From the NCBI GenBank assembly GCA_963790465.1, contig CAWBOP010000013.1:128092-192091 (forward strand): DNA of 64,000 nucleotides, in the 5' to 3' direction. The stretch's first letter is position 1. Each line of letters begins with the position of its first letter. The notes beneath the pieces were generated by a model. It made no database searches. It had not been told where the DNA came from and was given only the letters and a program-made list of their open reading frames with translations. The stretch is from Terriglobia bacterium. Its GTDB lineage: Bacteria > Acidobacteriota > Polarisedimenticolia > Polarisedimenticolales > JAIQFR01. Shown piece by piece: positions 55,712-63,934 of this stretch. Both the position numbers and the translations under genes were made by a program.

Positions 55712-56179
55712 ATGAAGATCATCGTGCTGGGGCTGGGCAACGACCTGCTGGCGGACGACGCCATCGGCCACCTGGCCGTGAAGCGAACTCGGGCCGCGCC
55801 TGGAGGGCCGGGCCGACGTCGAGGCCACGGCGCTGCACGGACTGGCCCTGCTCGACGTGCTGGCGGGCTACGACGCCGCGGTCGTGCTCGACGCGGCCTG
55901 CACGGGCGACGCGCCCGGTCGGCGAGGTCCACGAGATCGACGCCGGCACGCTGGCCCGCGTCCAGAACCCCTCGCCGCACTTCGCGGGGTTCCCCGAGAT
56001 GCTCGACCTCGCCGGGCCGCCTCGAGCTGCACTTCCCGCAGAAGCTGCGGATCATCGCGGTCGAGGTGCTGGACCCGTACACCGTGGGCGGTGTCATGAC
56101 GCCCGCGGTGCGCGACGCGCTGCCCGAGCTGTGCGAGCGCGCGGAGCAGGCGGTGGGGGAGCTGGAAGCAGGAGGCTGA
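55712..56179 (+). CDS. Hydrogenase maturation endopeptidase (HycI/HoxW/FrhD family; frame breaks)
   Basis: MKIIVLGLGNDLLADDAIG... and ..SPHFAGFPEMLDL.. are typical of the family. Confidence 0.8.
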   Translation: MKIIVLGLGNDLLADDAIGHLAVKRTRAAPGGPGRRRGHGAARTGPARRAGGLRRRGRARRGLHGRRARSARSTRSTPARWPASRTPRRTSRGSPRCSTSPGRLELHFPQKLRIIAVEVLDPYTVGGVMTPAVRDALPELCERAEQAVGELEAGG

Positions 56180-56225
56180 GAGCTCGCCGTGCCCGCTCCC
56201 ACCTGCGCCCTGCGCGGGTGACGGG

Positions 56226-56453
56226 TCAGGGTGTGGCGGGGATCAGGTCCAGCACTTCACCCGGCTCGGGGAACCGCCCGGTCTCGTGCTTCGAGAAGAG
56301 GGTCGCTCCGTCGAGGACGACCTCGAAGATGCCACCGGAGCCCTTCACCAGCTCCGCCTCGATGCCCCTCGCACCACGGATCTCGGCCGCCAGACCGGCA
56401 GCCCTGGGCAGGTACCCTCACTGACCGCAGTAGGTGATCGTCAGCCTGCTCAT
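56226..56453 (-). CDS. SelW/SelT/SelH (Rdx)-family selenoprotein candidate, in-frame TGA = Sec
   Basis: Not callable as a plain ORF. Reads MSRLTITYCGQ-[TGA 56420-56418]-GYLPRAAGLAAEIRGARGIEAELVKGSGGIFEVVLDGATLFSKHETGRFPEPGEVLDLIPATP, with the same frame on both sides. The TGA sits exactly at the second redox position of the family CxxC/CxxU motif. GAGGGAGG SD. Confidence 0.7.
56385..56403 (-). other. SECIS-like hairpin downstream of the in-frame TGA
   Basis: On the coding strand, GGCTGCC-GGTCT-GGCGGCC gives a 7-bp stem (one G-U pair) and a GGUCU loop, starting 14 nt after the TGA. The loop resembles the E. coli fdhF SECIS apical loop. Confidence 0.45.
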
Positions 56454-56678
56454 GTCGCCTCCCTCGGGTGCGTGAACGGCTCCTGGAGGCACTATAGGCT
56501 CGCCTCCCGGCCCTGCCAAAGTCCGCGGCCCCGTCAACACCCGCAGCTCCGCCGCGGTTCGGCGCGCGCGACACCCGCGCCGCTTTCCGTGCGCCTGCGC
56601 GACGGACTAAGATGCGAGCCCTCGCAACGGCCGTCCCGGGGCCACCGGCTCCCGCGGCCCGACCCTGGAGATCCACGC

Positions 56679-57666
56679 ATGGCTGACCCCGCCCCGAACC
56701 TCGAGGACCGCCTGCAGCGAACGCTCGGCGACGGACTGCGCGAGGGCGGAGCCGCTGCGGCTCCACACCACCTTCCGCATCGGCGGCCCCGCCGACTTCT
56801 TCTATGTCGCCCGCAGCCCCGAGCGCCTGGTGGCGGCGCTGCGGGTCGGCCACGAACTGGGCCTGCCGGTCTTCCTGCTCGGCGGTGGCAGCAACCTGCT
56901 GGTGTCGGACGCGGGGCTGCGCGGGCTCGTCGTGCGGAACGCCTGCGAAGAGGTCGAGTTCGAGGGCGCGGTGGCCCGCGTGGGCTGTGGCGCGGATCTC
57001 CTCGGCTTCATCGAGCGCTGCCGCGACCGCTCGCTCGCGGGGCTCGAGTTCGCGGCGGGGATCCCGGGCACCGTCGGCGGCGCGCTCTACGGCAACGCCG
57101 GCTGCTATGGCCGGGACATCGGCTCCCAGGTCATCGACTGCACGCACGCCACTCCCGACGGCGCGACGATCGAGACGCGGCCGGCGGCCTGGTACGAGTT
57201 CGGCTACCGGGACTCGCGCCTCAAGCGCGACCCGCGCGTGCTGCTCTCGTGCCGGCTGCGGCTCGTGCCCGGCGAGCGTGCGACCATCCAGCGCGAGATG
57301 GACGAGAAGCTCGAGATCCGCCGGGTGAAGCACCCCGAGTGGCGCACCGAGCCCACCGCGGGCTCGTACTTCAAGAACCTGCCGCCCGACTGGCAGATGC
57401 CGGGAGCGAAGCACTCGCCCGGCACGCGCCGCGTGGCCGCGGGGCAGTTGCTCGAGGAGTGCGGCTGCCGCGGCCTGCGCGTGGGCGACGCCATGGTCTT
57501 CGCGAAGCACGCGAACATCATCGTGAACGCGGGCCAGGCGAGCGCGGCGGACGTGCTGGCGCTGGCGCAGGAGATGAAGTCGCGGGTGCGCGAGCGCTTC
57601 GGCGTCACGCTCGAGGAGGAGGTCATGTTCCTGGGGGCGAGGCCGGAGCCCGGCGGGGCCTCGTAG
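56679..57666 (+). CDS. murB: UDP-N-acetylenolpyruvoylglucosamine reductase (one frame break)
   Basis: TTFRIGGPADFF, FLLGGGSNLL, GIPGTVGGA, AGSYFKN. Frame change near 56750. Confidence 0.9.
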
Positions 57667-57721
57667 TCCCGGGCAGCGGCCCGCGCCGGAGAGCGCGCAG
57701 GCCGGGGTGATCGGCGGGCCG

Positions 57722-58720
57722 TCAGCCGCCGATCGCGCTCATCCCGCGGGCGGGCTGCAGGAACGCCGGGTTGTTGATGAGGTGCCCCGGCTCCTTGCGC
57801 CACGCCGCCGCCTTCAGCAGGCCGGTGAGCTCCTCGTCGCTCGCGCCGCGGCGCAGGGCCCCGCGCAGGTCGTGCTCCTCGTGCGCGAAGAGGCAGGTGC
57901 GGATCTGCCCGTCGGCCGTGAGCCGGATGCGGTCGCAGCGCGCGCAGAAGGGGCGGGTCACCGAGGCGATGACGCCCACCGTGCCGCCGCCGTCGCGGTA
58001 GCGGTGCAGCTCGGCCGGCGCGCTCGGGTCCGCGCCCGGCACCGGATCGAGCGGGAACTCGGCTGCAGCGCCGCCAGGATCTCCGCCGCCGGGACCAGCC
58101 GCTCGGTGGACCACGAGCGCTGCGAATCGAGCGGCATCCACTCGACGAAGCGCAGCTCGAAGCCCTGTTCGCGGGCCCAGCGCGCGAGCGGCACGGCCTC
58201 GTCCTCGTTGAACCCGCGCATCAGCACGACGTTGACCTTGATGGGGGAGAAACCCGCGCGCTTCGCGGCCTCGAGGCCCGCGAGGACCTCGGGGAGGCGG
58301 TCGCGCCGGGCGATCCTGCCGGAAGCGCGCGCGGTCGAGCGTGTCGAGGCTCACGTTGATGCGCGTGAGCCCGGCCTGGCGCAGGTCCCCGGCCAGCGCC
58401 GCGAGCCTGAGCCCGTTGGTCGTCAGCGAGAGGTCGAGCGCCGGGTCGAGGTCGCGCAGCGCGCGCACCAGCACCTCCAGGCCGGCGCGCACCGTCGGCT
58501 CGCCGCCCGTGAGCCGGATGCCGGTCACGCCGAGCCCGATGGCGAGGCGGGCCACGCGGACGATCTCCTCGTAGGTGAGCACGTCCGCCCGCGGCAGCCA
58601 GGCGACGCCCTCGAGGGGCATGCAGTAGACGCAGCGCAGGTTGCAGCGGTCCGTGACCGAGATGCGAAGATCGCGGAGGACGCGGCCCTGCGGGTCTGTG
58701 AGGGTGCCGACGGTGGGCAT
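57722..58720 (-). CDS. moaA: GTP 3',8-cyclase MoaA (radical SAM; frame breaks in the middle)
   Basis: SVTDRCNLRCVYCMP, RLTGGEPT, NVVLMRGFNEDE (alternate frame 57958..58227), FCARCDRIRLTADG. Confidence 0.85.
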   Translation of the reverse strand: MPTVGTLTDPQGRVLRDLRISVTDRCNLRCVYCMPLEGVAWLPRADVLTYEEIVRVARLAIGLGVTGIRLTGGEPTVRAGLEVLVRALRDLDPALDLSLTTNGLRLAALAGDLRQAGLTRINVSLDTLDRARFRQDRPARPPPRGPRGPRGREARGFLPHQGQRRADARVQRGRGRAARALGPRTGLRAALRRVDAARFAALVVHRAAGPGGGDPGGAAAEFPLDPVPGADPSAPAELHRYRDGGGTVGVIASVTRPFCARCDRIRLTADGQIRTCLFAHEEHDLRGALRRGASDEELTGLLKAAAWRKEPGHLINNPAFLQPARGMSAIGG

Positions 58721-58943
58721 GGGATGGGCTCCTGGGCCGGAAGAGCATAATCGGCGCGCCCCGGCCGCCTCAAGCGGGAGCCGCGCCGCAGCGGGCACGG
58801 CCGTGGCCGGCAGGGCCGGCTTCGGCCCGCCGACCGCCGCATGTATCCTTGTTGACCGATCCTCGACATCCGGCCCGGTCCGAGTGGCTAGACTGTCCAC
58901 GAACCGGCTGTGCGTTTCGCGCCGCCAGAGAGGGATTCGCCGC

Positions 58944-59961
58944 ATGAGACGCACGCTCCTCTTCGCCCTGCTGCTGCTCGCCGTCGCCGCGCGCGCCCGC
59001 CCGCTCGCAGAGCCAGGTGGAAGACACCACCTTCGTCCCGAAGGTCGCGAGGCCCGCCTTCACCGCACCGCCAGCCGGTCGTGATGATCGACGAGGCCCA
59101 CCGGAACCACTTCACCCGGAAGGGGCTCTACCGCGGCCTTCGCGAGCCTGCTCTCGCAGGATGGCCTGCGCGTGATCCCCGGCGGGCAGGCGTTCTCGCC
59201 CCAGCTGCTCAAGACCTGCCAGGTGCTGGTCGTGGCCGACGCGCTCGGCGCGCGCGGGCCGAACGGCCCGGCGGCCCGCGCAAATCCGCCTTCCGGATCC
59301 CCGAGTGCGACGTGGTGCGCGACTGGGTGAGGGAGGGTGGCTCGCTGCTCCTGGTCGCCGACCACGCGCCCTACGCCTCGGCGATGGACAGCCTCGCCGT
59401 CCGCTTCGGCGTGGACATGGGCAAGGGCTACACGGTGGACACGCGCCGCGTGGACCCCGAGACCGGGAACCTGGGCTGCATCCTCTTCACGCGCGCCCAG
59501 GGCCTGCTGGGCGACCACGCGATCACGCGCGGGCGGGACAAGAGCGAGCGCATCGACCGGGTGGCGACCTTCACCGGCCAGTCGCTGGCTGGGCCCGCCG
59601 GGCAGCGCAGGCCTGCTGGTGCTCAGCCCCTCGGCCTGGGACGTGCCCTTCACCCCGGACGCGCGGCGCGAGACCACCCCCGAGGCCCGCCGCGAAGGCC
59701 GACACCACGTCGGTCGGTGAACACGCCCGGGGCGGTGACCGGCGGTCGGTCGCTTCCAGGGTCTGGCGTTCGGCTTCGGCAAGGGGCGCGTCGTGGTGCT
59801 GGGCGAGGCGCCGATGTTCGGCTCCCAGTTCGTGCTCGGGACGGACGCCCGGCGCACGCGGCAGGGACCGCCTGAGGATCGGCCTCAACCGGCCGGACCT
59901 CGACGACAACCAGCAGTTCGCCCTCAACGTCCTGCGCTGGCTGGCGAGGGAGCTGAACTGA
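58944..59961 (+). CDS. Hypothetical secreted protein (frame breaks)
   Basis: Signal peptide MRRTLLFALLLLAVAARA. The body is recovered from three frames (..VVMIDEAHRNHF.., ..LLLVADHAPYASAMDSLAVRFGVDMGKGY.., ..NQQFALNVLRWLAREL). Possibly a DUF4350-like fold, not certain. Confidence 0.5.
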
Positions 59962-60069
59962 GACGCGCCCGCGGCCGGGCGGCGGCGCGCGGCCGGTTCG
60001 GCTATCATGCGCGCGGTGGCCCGGCGGGCCGTGGCGGCCCGCCGGCGAGCGTTCGATGGGAGATGAGCG

Positions 60070-60270
60070 ATGCCTCTCTGCGTGTACCTCTGCCATGTGC
60101 CCGGCTGCCAGGTGAAGGTGGAGCGCTGGATGCCCACCGCCGGCGAAGGCGCCGATGCGAAGATCCCCTGCCCGCGCTGCGGCAACCCGCTGACCTGCGC
60201 GTGGACGGGCACGCAGATCCGGACGCCGGATCTCAAGGACGCGCCCGCCGGGCCTTCCAGCCGAAGCGCT
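60070..60270 (+). CDS. Possible small zinc-ribbon protein
   Basis: MPLCVYLCHVPGCQVKVE...IPCPRCGNPL has CxxC...CxxC pairs. The end is not defined (no in-frame stop before mutY). Confidence 0.3.
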
Positions 60271-60379
60271 GAGCGCGGGGCGGAGGGCGGTGGGCGAGCG
60301 CAGGTGCCTCGGCTCGCCGCCGCCTCCGCCCCCGCGCCGGACCGCGCACCACGCCCGGCGCCCGCGCGGCGGAGCCTGC

Positions 60380-61400
60380 CCATGCCGCTGAGCTCCGGCG
60401 CGCTGCGGATCCCGCGCTGCGCCGCGCGCTGCTGCGCTGGTACGACGGGCACCGCCGCGCGCTGCCGTGGCGCGGCGAGCGCGACCCGTACCGGGTCTGG
60501 CTCTCCGAGGTGATGCTCCAGCAGACCCGGGTCGCCACCGCGACGCCGTACTACCACGCCTTCCTGGAGCGCTTCCCGACGCTCGGATCGCTGGCCCGCG
60601 CCCGCGAGGCGGACGTGCTCGCCGCCTGGGCGGGGCTCGGCTACTACCGTCGCGCCCGCCAGCTGCGCGAGGCGGCGCGCGCGGTGGTGCGCGAGCACGG
60701 CGGGCGCGTGCCCGACGAGCCCGCGGCCTTCGCCCGGCTGCCCGGGCGTCGGCCGCTACACGGCCGGGGCGGTGCTCTCCATCGCCTTCGACCGCGCCGC
60801 TGCCCGCGCTGGACGGCAACGTGGCGCGCGTGCTGTCGCGGCTCGCGCGCGCTGCCGGCCGCGCTGCGCGAGCCCGGCGGCGCGCGGCGCTGTGGGCGCT
60901 GGCCGCCGCGCTGGTCCCGGCGCGCCGGCCCGGCGACTGGAACCAGGCGCTGATGGAGCTGGGCGCCACCGTCTGCACGCCGCGCGCCCCGCGCTGCGGC
61001 GAGCTGCCCGGTGTCGCCGCCGCTGCCGCGCGCTGGCGCTCGGGCGCGTGGCGGCGTTCCCGCCGGTGCCCGCGCGCCGGGCGGGGGAGCAGGTGCGGCA
61101 GGCGGTCGCGCTCATCGAGCGGCGGGGCCGCGTGCTGGTGACGCGCCGCGAGGGCCCGCTGCTCGCCGGGCTGTGGGAGCCGCCCGGCGTCGAGGTGGCG
61201 CCGCGCCGGTCCGCGCGCCGGGCGCTGGCCGCGCGGCTCGCCGAGCTCGGCCTGCGCGCGCGGCTCGCGCCGGCGGGGACGACCGTCCGCCACGCGATCA
61301 CGCACCGGCTCATCGCGGCGGAGGTCTGGCGCGGCGAGCTGGCCGTTCCCCTGCCGCACATGGTGGGGAAGGCACGAGAATTTCGCCAACAGTACGACGA
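60380..61400 (+). CDS. mutY: A/G-specific adenine DNA glycosylase MutY (frame breaks; boundaries approximate)
   Basis: LSEVMLQQTRV, GLGYYRRAR, LPGVGRYTAGAV, a Cys-rich [4Fe-4S] loop and a NUDIX-like C-terminal domain. The open frame runs on into the repeat array to 61500. Confidence 0.8.
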
Positions 61401-61426
61401 AGACGTTGAAGATGAATCTGAAGAAA

Positions 61427-61531
61427 TAGAAATGGGCACTGGGCAATGGGCACTGGGCACTGGGAAGAATGGTCAGGGGTCAGTGGTTAGTGGGCAGTGA
61501 GGAAAACGTCAATCGTCAAGCGTCATTCATT
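61427..61531 (+). repeat. Array of ~15 consecutive 7-nt units in one register (TAGAAAT, GGGCAYT x4, GGGAAGA, ATGGTCA, GGGGTCA, GTGGTTA, GTGGGCA, GTGAGGA, AAACGTC, AATCGTC, AAGCGTC, ...)
   Basis: Read directly from the sequence. The heptad register is preserved while the unit sequence drifts. Confidence 0.85.
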
Positions 61532-61532
61532 T

Positions 61533-61599
61533 CCCCTCCTTTGTAAGGAGGGGAAGGGGAGGTGAGAGCCTCTACCCCACCTCACCTTACAAAGGGGAG
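61533..61599. repeat. ~70-nt palindromic element, copy 1
   Basis: cccctcctttgtaaggagg...ggaggtgagagcctctaccccacctcac...cttacaaaggggag. Second copy at 62903-62979. Confidence 0.8.
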
Positions 61600-61678
61600 A
61601 TAAATCAGTAAGAAGTGACAGCAAGGACATGGGTTTTGGAAGAAGGTTTTGCTATACTCCTGAGGCACGGAGGGTCCC

Positions 61679-61890
61679 ATGAAAGAACAACTCACCGCCG
61701 TTTTCGAGAAGGTTCCCGAAGGATATATCGGATTTGTCGAGGAATTGCCGGGGCGGAGCGTGGGGGACACGCTGAAGAACCCCGCGCCAACCTTCAGGAA
61801 GCCGTAAGCTTGGTGCTTGAAGCGAACCGGGCATTGGCTGAAGAAACGCTTGGCGACAAGACCAGCGCTCGTTGGGAGCGAAGATCATGA
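61679..61890 (+). CDS. HicB-like (UPF0150) antitoxin-family protein, one frame break
   Basis: MKEQLTAVFEKVPEGYIGFVEELPG.., then ..EEPRANLQEAVSLVLEANRALAEE in the adjacent frame. GGAGGG SD. TATACT box at 61653-61658. Confidence 0.65.
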
Positions 61891-62125
61891 CGTTCTATAA
61901 TTTTGAAATTGTTGTTGAGAAAGAATCAGAGGACGGAGGTTACTCGGCCTACAGTCCTACGTTACCGGGCTGCCACAGTAATGGCGGCACGGTGTTGAAG
62001 AAGCAAATCGTAATATCCGCGAAGCGATTCAGCAGCACATTCAATCTCTACTCGCTCATGGCCAGCCGATTCCCCAGAACGAAAAACTTGTACACGTGGA
62101 GGAGCTGACCGTTGGAGTTCCATAA
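61887..62125 (+). CDS. hicB: HicB antitoxin, one frame break
   Basis: MTFYNFEIVVEKESEDGGYSAYSPTLPGCHSNG.., then ..EEANRNIREAIQQHIQSLLAHGQPIPQNEKLVHVEELTVGVP in the adjacent frame. The TAATG overlaps hicA. Confidence 0.75.
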
Positions 62126-62353
62126 TGGCACGGATGCCACAGGTCACGCCTGCCGACCTTGTGCGTTTTCTAAAATCTCAAGGATTCACAGAAGACCGAC
62201 AGTCCGGGAGTCATCTGACACTCTGGCATGAGAGTCGGAAGGTGTCGGTGACTATTCCGATGCATACAGGCTGTCGTTCTCGGCCGCGGCCTCGCAGTAC
62301 GTATTCTAAAAGATGCGGGGTTTTCAGTTGAAGAGTTCTTGCGTCTTCGCTGA
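62125..62353 (+). CDS. hicA: HicA mRNA-interferase toxin, one frame break
   Basis: MPQVTPADLVRFLKSQGFTEDRQSGSHLTLWHE..VSVTIPMHTG, then VVLGRGLAVRILKDAGFSVEEFLRLR in the adjacent frame. Confidence 0.75.
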
Positions 62354-62386
62354 AGCGGCTTCCAGACAAGAGCGCTGAAGGTGGCA

Positions 62387-62424
62387 GGGCAATGCCCAGT
62401 GACGAGTGACCAATAACGAATAAC
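62387..62424. repeat. GGGCAATGCCC near-palindrome followed by heptads (CAGTGAC, GAGTGAC, CAATAAC, GAATAAC)
   Basis: Read directly from the sequence. GAGTGAC recurs at 62993-62999. Confidence 0.75.
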
Positions 62425-62437
62425 GGAGACACTTGCC

Positions 62438-62587
62438 ATGAAACAGGGCTATCGGTTGATCCTTGTGGACAAAGACGGTGTGATGGTCTCGGAATTCCAA
62501 GTGACCGAAGGCGACCTGGCTGATCCGGCGGCGTTCGTGGCGGCGCTCAAGGAGTCGATCGAGCAGGTGGAAGAGGAAGAACCCTAG
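62438..62587 (+). CDS. Mini-ORF, 49 aa, acidic C-terminus (hypothetical)
   Basis: Below the ORF-track cutoff. MKQGYRLILVDKDGVMVSEFQVTEGDLADPAAFVAALKESIEQVEEEEP. GGAGA 8 nt upstream. Its TAG stop is the first unit of the next heptad array. Confidence 0.4.
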   Translation: MKQGYRLILVDKDGVMVSEFQVTEGDLADPAAFVAALKESIEQVEEEEP

Positions 62588-62668
62588 AAATGGGCATTGG
62601 GCACTGGGCAATGGGCATTGGGCATTGAGAAGAATGCGAGCGATGAGCGATGAGTGATGAGGAGGAGA
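62585..62668 (+). repeat. Array of 12 in-register 7-nt units (TAGAAAT, GGGCAYT x5, GAGAAGA, ATGCGAG, CGATGAG x2, TGATGAG, GAGGAGA)
   Basis: Read directly from the sequence. The last unit, GAGGAGA, serves as the SD of the following mini-ORF. Confidence 0.85.
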
Positions 62669-62672
62669 CTAC

Positions 62673-62843
62673 ATGCCGCAAAAGAAGAAGAGCATCACAC
62701 CCAAGAAGGGCGGAGGCAAGTCAAAGGGCCAACAGGTCCGCGAGACGCAGCGGCCGCGCAGCGCGCGGCAAGGCCAGGGCCCGGCGGATAGGCAGAAGGA
62801 CCAACAGCAACGCGCCACCGGAAAGAGGTCGGGCGGAAACTAA
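62673..62843 (+). CDS. Mini-ORF, 56 aa, extremely basic (hypothetical)
   Basis: MPQKKKSITPKKGGGKSKGQQVRETQRPRSARQGQGPADRQKDQQQRATGKRSGGN. Strong SD. Its TAA stop is the first unit of the next heptad array. Confidence 0.45.
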   Translation: MPQKKKSITPKKGGGKSKGQQVRETQRPRSARQGQGPADRQKDQQQRATGKRSGGN

Positions 62844-62897
62844 AAATGGGCACTGGGCAATGGGCAAGGGACAAACGTCACTGGTCATTAGTCATTC
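62841..62897 (+). repeat. Array of 8 in-register 7-nt units (TAAAAAT, GGGCACT, GGGCAAT, GGGCAAG, GGACAAA, CGTCACT, GGTCATT, AGTCATT)
   Basis: Read directly from the sequence. Confidence 0.85.
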
Positions 62898-62902
62898 GTA
62901 AA

Positions 62903-62979
62903 GCCCCTCCTTTGTAAGGAGGGATGACGGGGAGGTAGAGATCTCTACCCCACCTCACCTCCCCCTTACAAAGGGGAGG
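62903..62979. repeat. ~70-nt palindromic element, copy 2
   Basis: gcccctcctttgtaaggagg...ggtagagatctctacc (perfect 16-nt palindrome)...cccccttacaaaggggagg. Confidence 0.8.
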
Positions 62980-62985
62980 AAGGCT

Positions 62986-63037
62986 GGTTGACGAGTGACT
63001 AGAAACGGGCACTGGGCACTAGGCAATGGGCAATGCC
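62986..63037 (+). repeat. Array of in-register 7-nt units (GGTTGAC, GAGTGAC, TAGAAAC, GGGCACT x2, AGGCAAT, GGGCAAT)
   Basis: Read directly from the sequence. Confidence 0.85.
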
Positions 63038-63070
63038 TGACCGGACGGGACTAGGGGGACGAAGAAGAGA

Positions 63071-63814
63071 TTAGGACGTTGAATGCATCGCCGAGTGCAG
63101 TCTGTGCGAGCTTGATTCTCTGTGGCTCATGAACTCTGTGATGGCGTCTGCGGCGGCTGTTGGGTTGGTGTACATGACGTAGTGGCGGCCCTCAATCATG
63201 CGGACGCGGACGGACGGTCGAACGCGTACAATCTCCTCGACATTGCGCTGTGGGACGATCCGGTCCCGCGTGCCGGCAAGACAGAGCACGGGACACGGCA
63301 GGGCCCCCCGTAAGTATTCTCGTGCATCCACGTCTATGAGCGCCGCCGCGCGGGCTGCCGCCGCCCGGGCACTTGTCCGCCTCCAGGTTTCTTTCTTGGC
63401 CCTGCGAAATTGATCGTTCTGTCCTCGGGCCAGCCACAGAGGAATGCGACGTCCACTCCGCACCGCCCAGGCCACCGGTGGGACTGCGGCAAACCGCAGG
63501 CGCGAAAAAATCGGGCGGGGTGAGCGGAGGAAGGTCGCAGACAGGATAGCCCCTTGGACCCTGGTCGGCTCGGCGGCAGCGAGCATGAGCGCCAGCGGAC
63601 CGGAAAACGACGAGCCCAGCACGTAGAAATCGGACAGGCCTGCCAGCTCTCCCCGGACTATATCCAACAGATGTGGGTACTCATTGGCCCCGGTTGAAGG
63701 AAAGCAAATCACATGCGGTCGTACCCAATGGGGCAGGGCTGCCAGCAGCGGTCGAAAAAACACATCGGTCCCGTCGAGACCTGGGAGGAGCACTAACGTC
63801 GTTGGCTTCTGCAT
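63071..63814 (-). CDS. Alpha/beta-fold hydrolase
   Basis: 247 aa. LVLLPGLDGT and the nucleophile elbow GSSFSG. Intact frame. Confidence 0.75.
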   Translation of the reverse strand: MQKPTTLVLLPGLDGTDVFFRPLLAALPHWVRPHVICFPSTGANEYPHLLDIVRGELAGLSDFYVLGSSFSGPLALMLAAAEPTRVQGAILSATFLRSPRPIFSRLRFAAVPPVAWAVRSGRRIPLWLARGQNDQFRRAKKETWRRTSARAAAARAAALIDVDAREYLRGALPCPVLCLAGTRDRIVPQRNVEEIVRVRPSVRVRMIEGRHYVMYTNPTAAADAITEFMSHRESSSHRLHSAMHSTS

Positions 63815-63934
63815 GTGGGTTGGTCAAAAAAAAGAATCAGCGGAGAAACGTGTTTCGCGGCATTATTTCGGGGAATGATCAGACTTCATTTTCTATGATG
63901 ATATACAACGTGTCGGAGGATGGGTCAAGGAGGC

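Noticed and set aside
61427-63037. Integron gene-cassette array with attC sites (small ORFs each followed by a repeat, with a TA module present).
   Set aside because: There is no intI integrase or attI in the window. The repeats lack the R''/L''-L'/R' architecture and the GTTRRRY core of attC sites. Cannot be fully excluded without flanking sequence.
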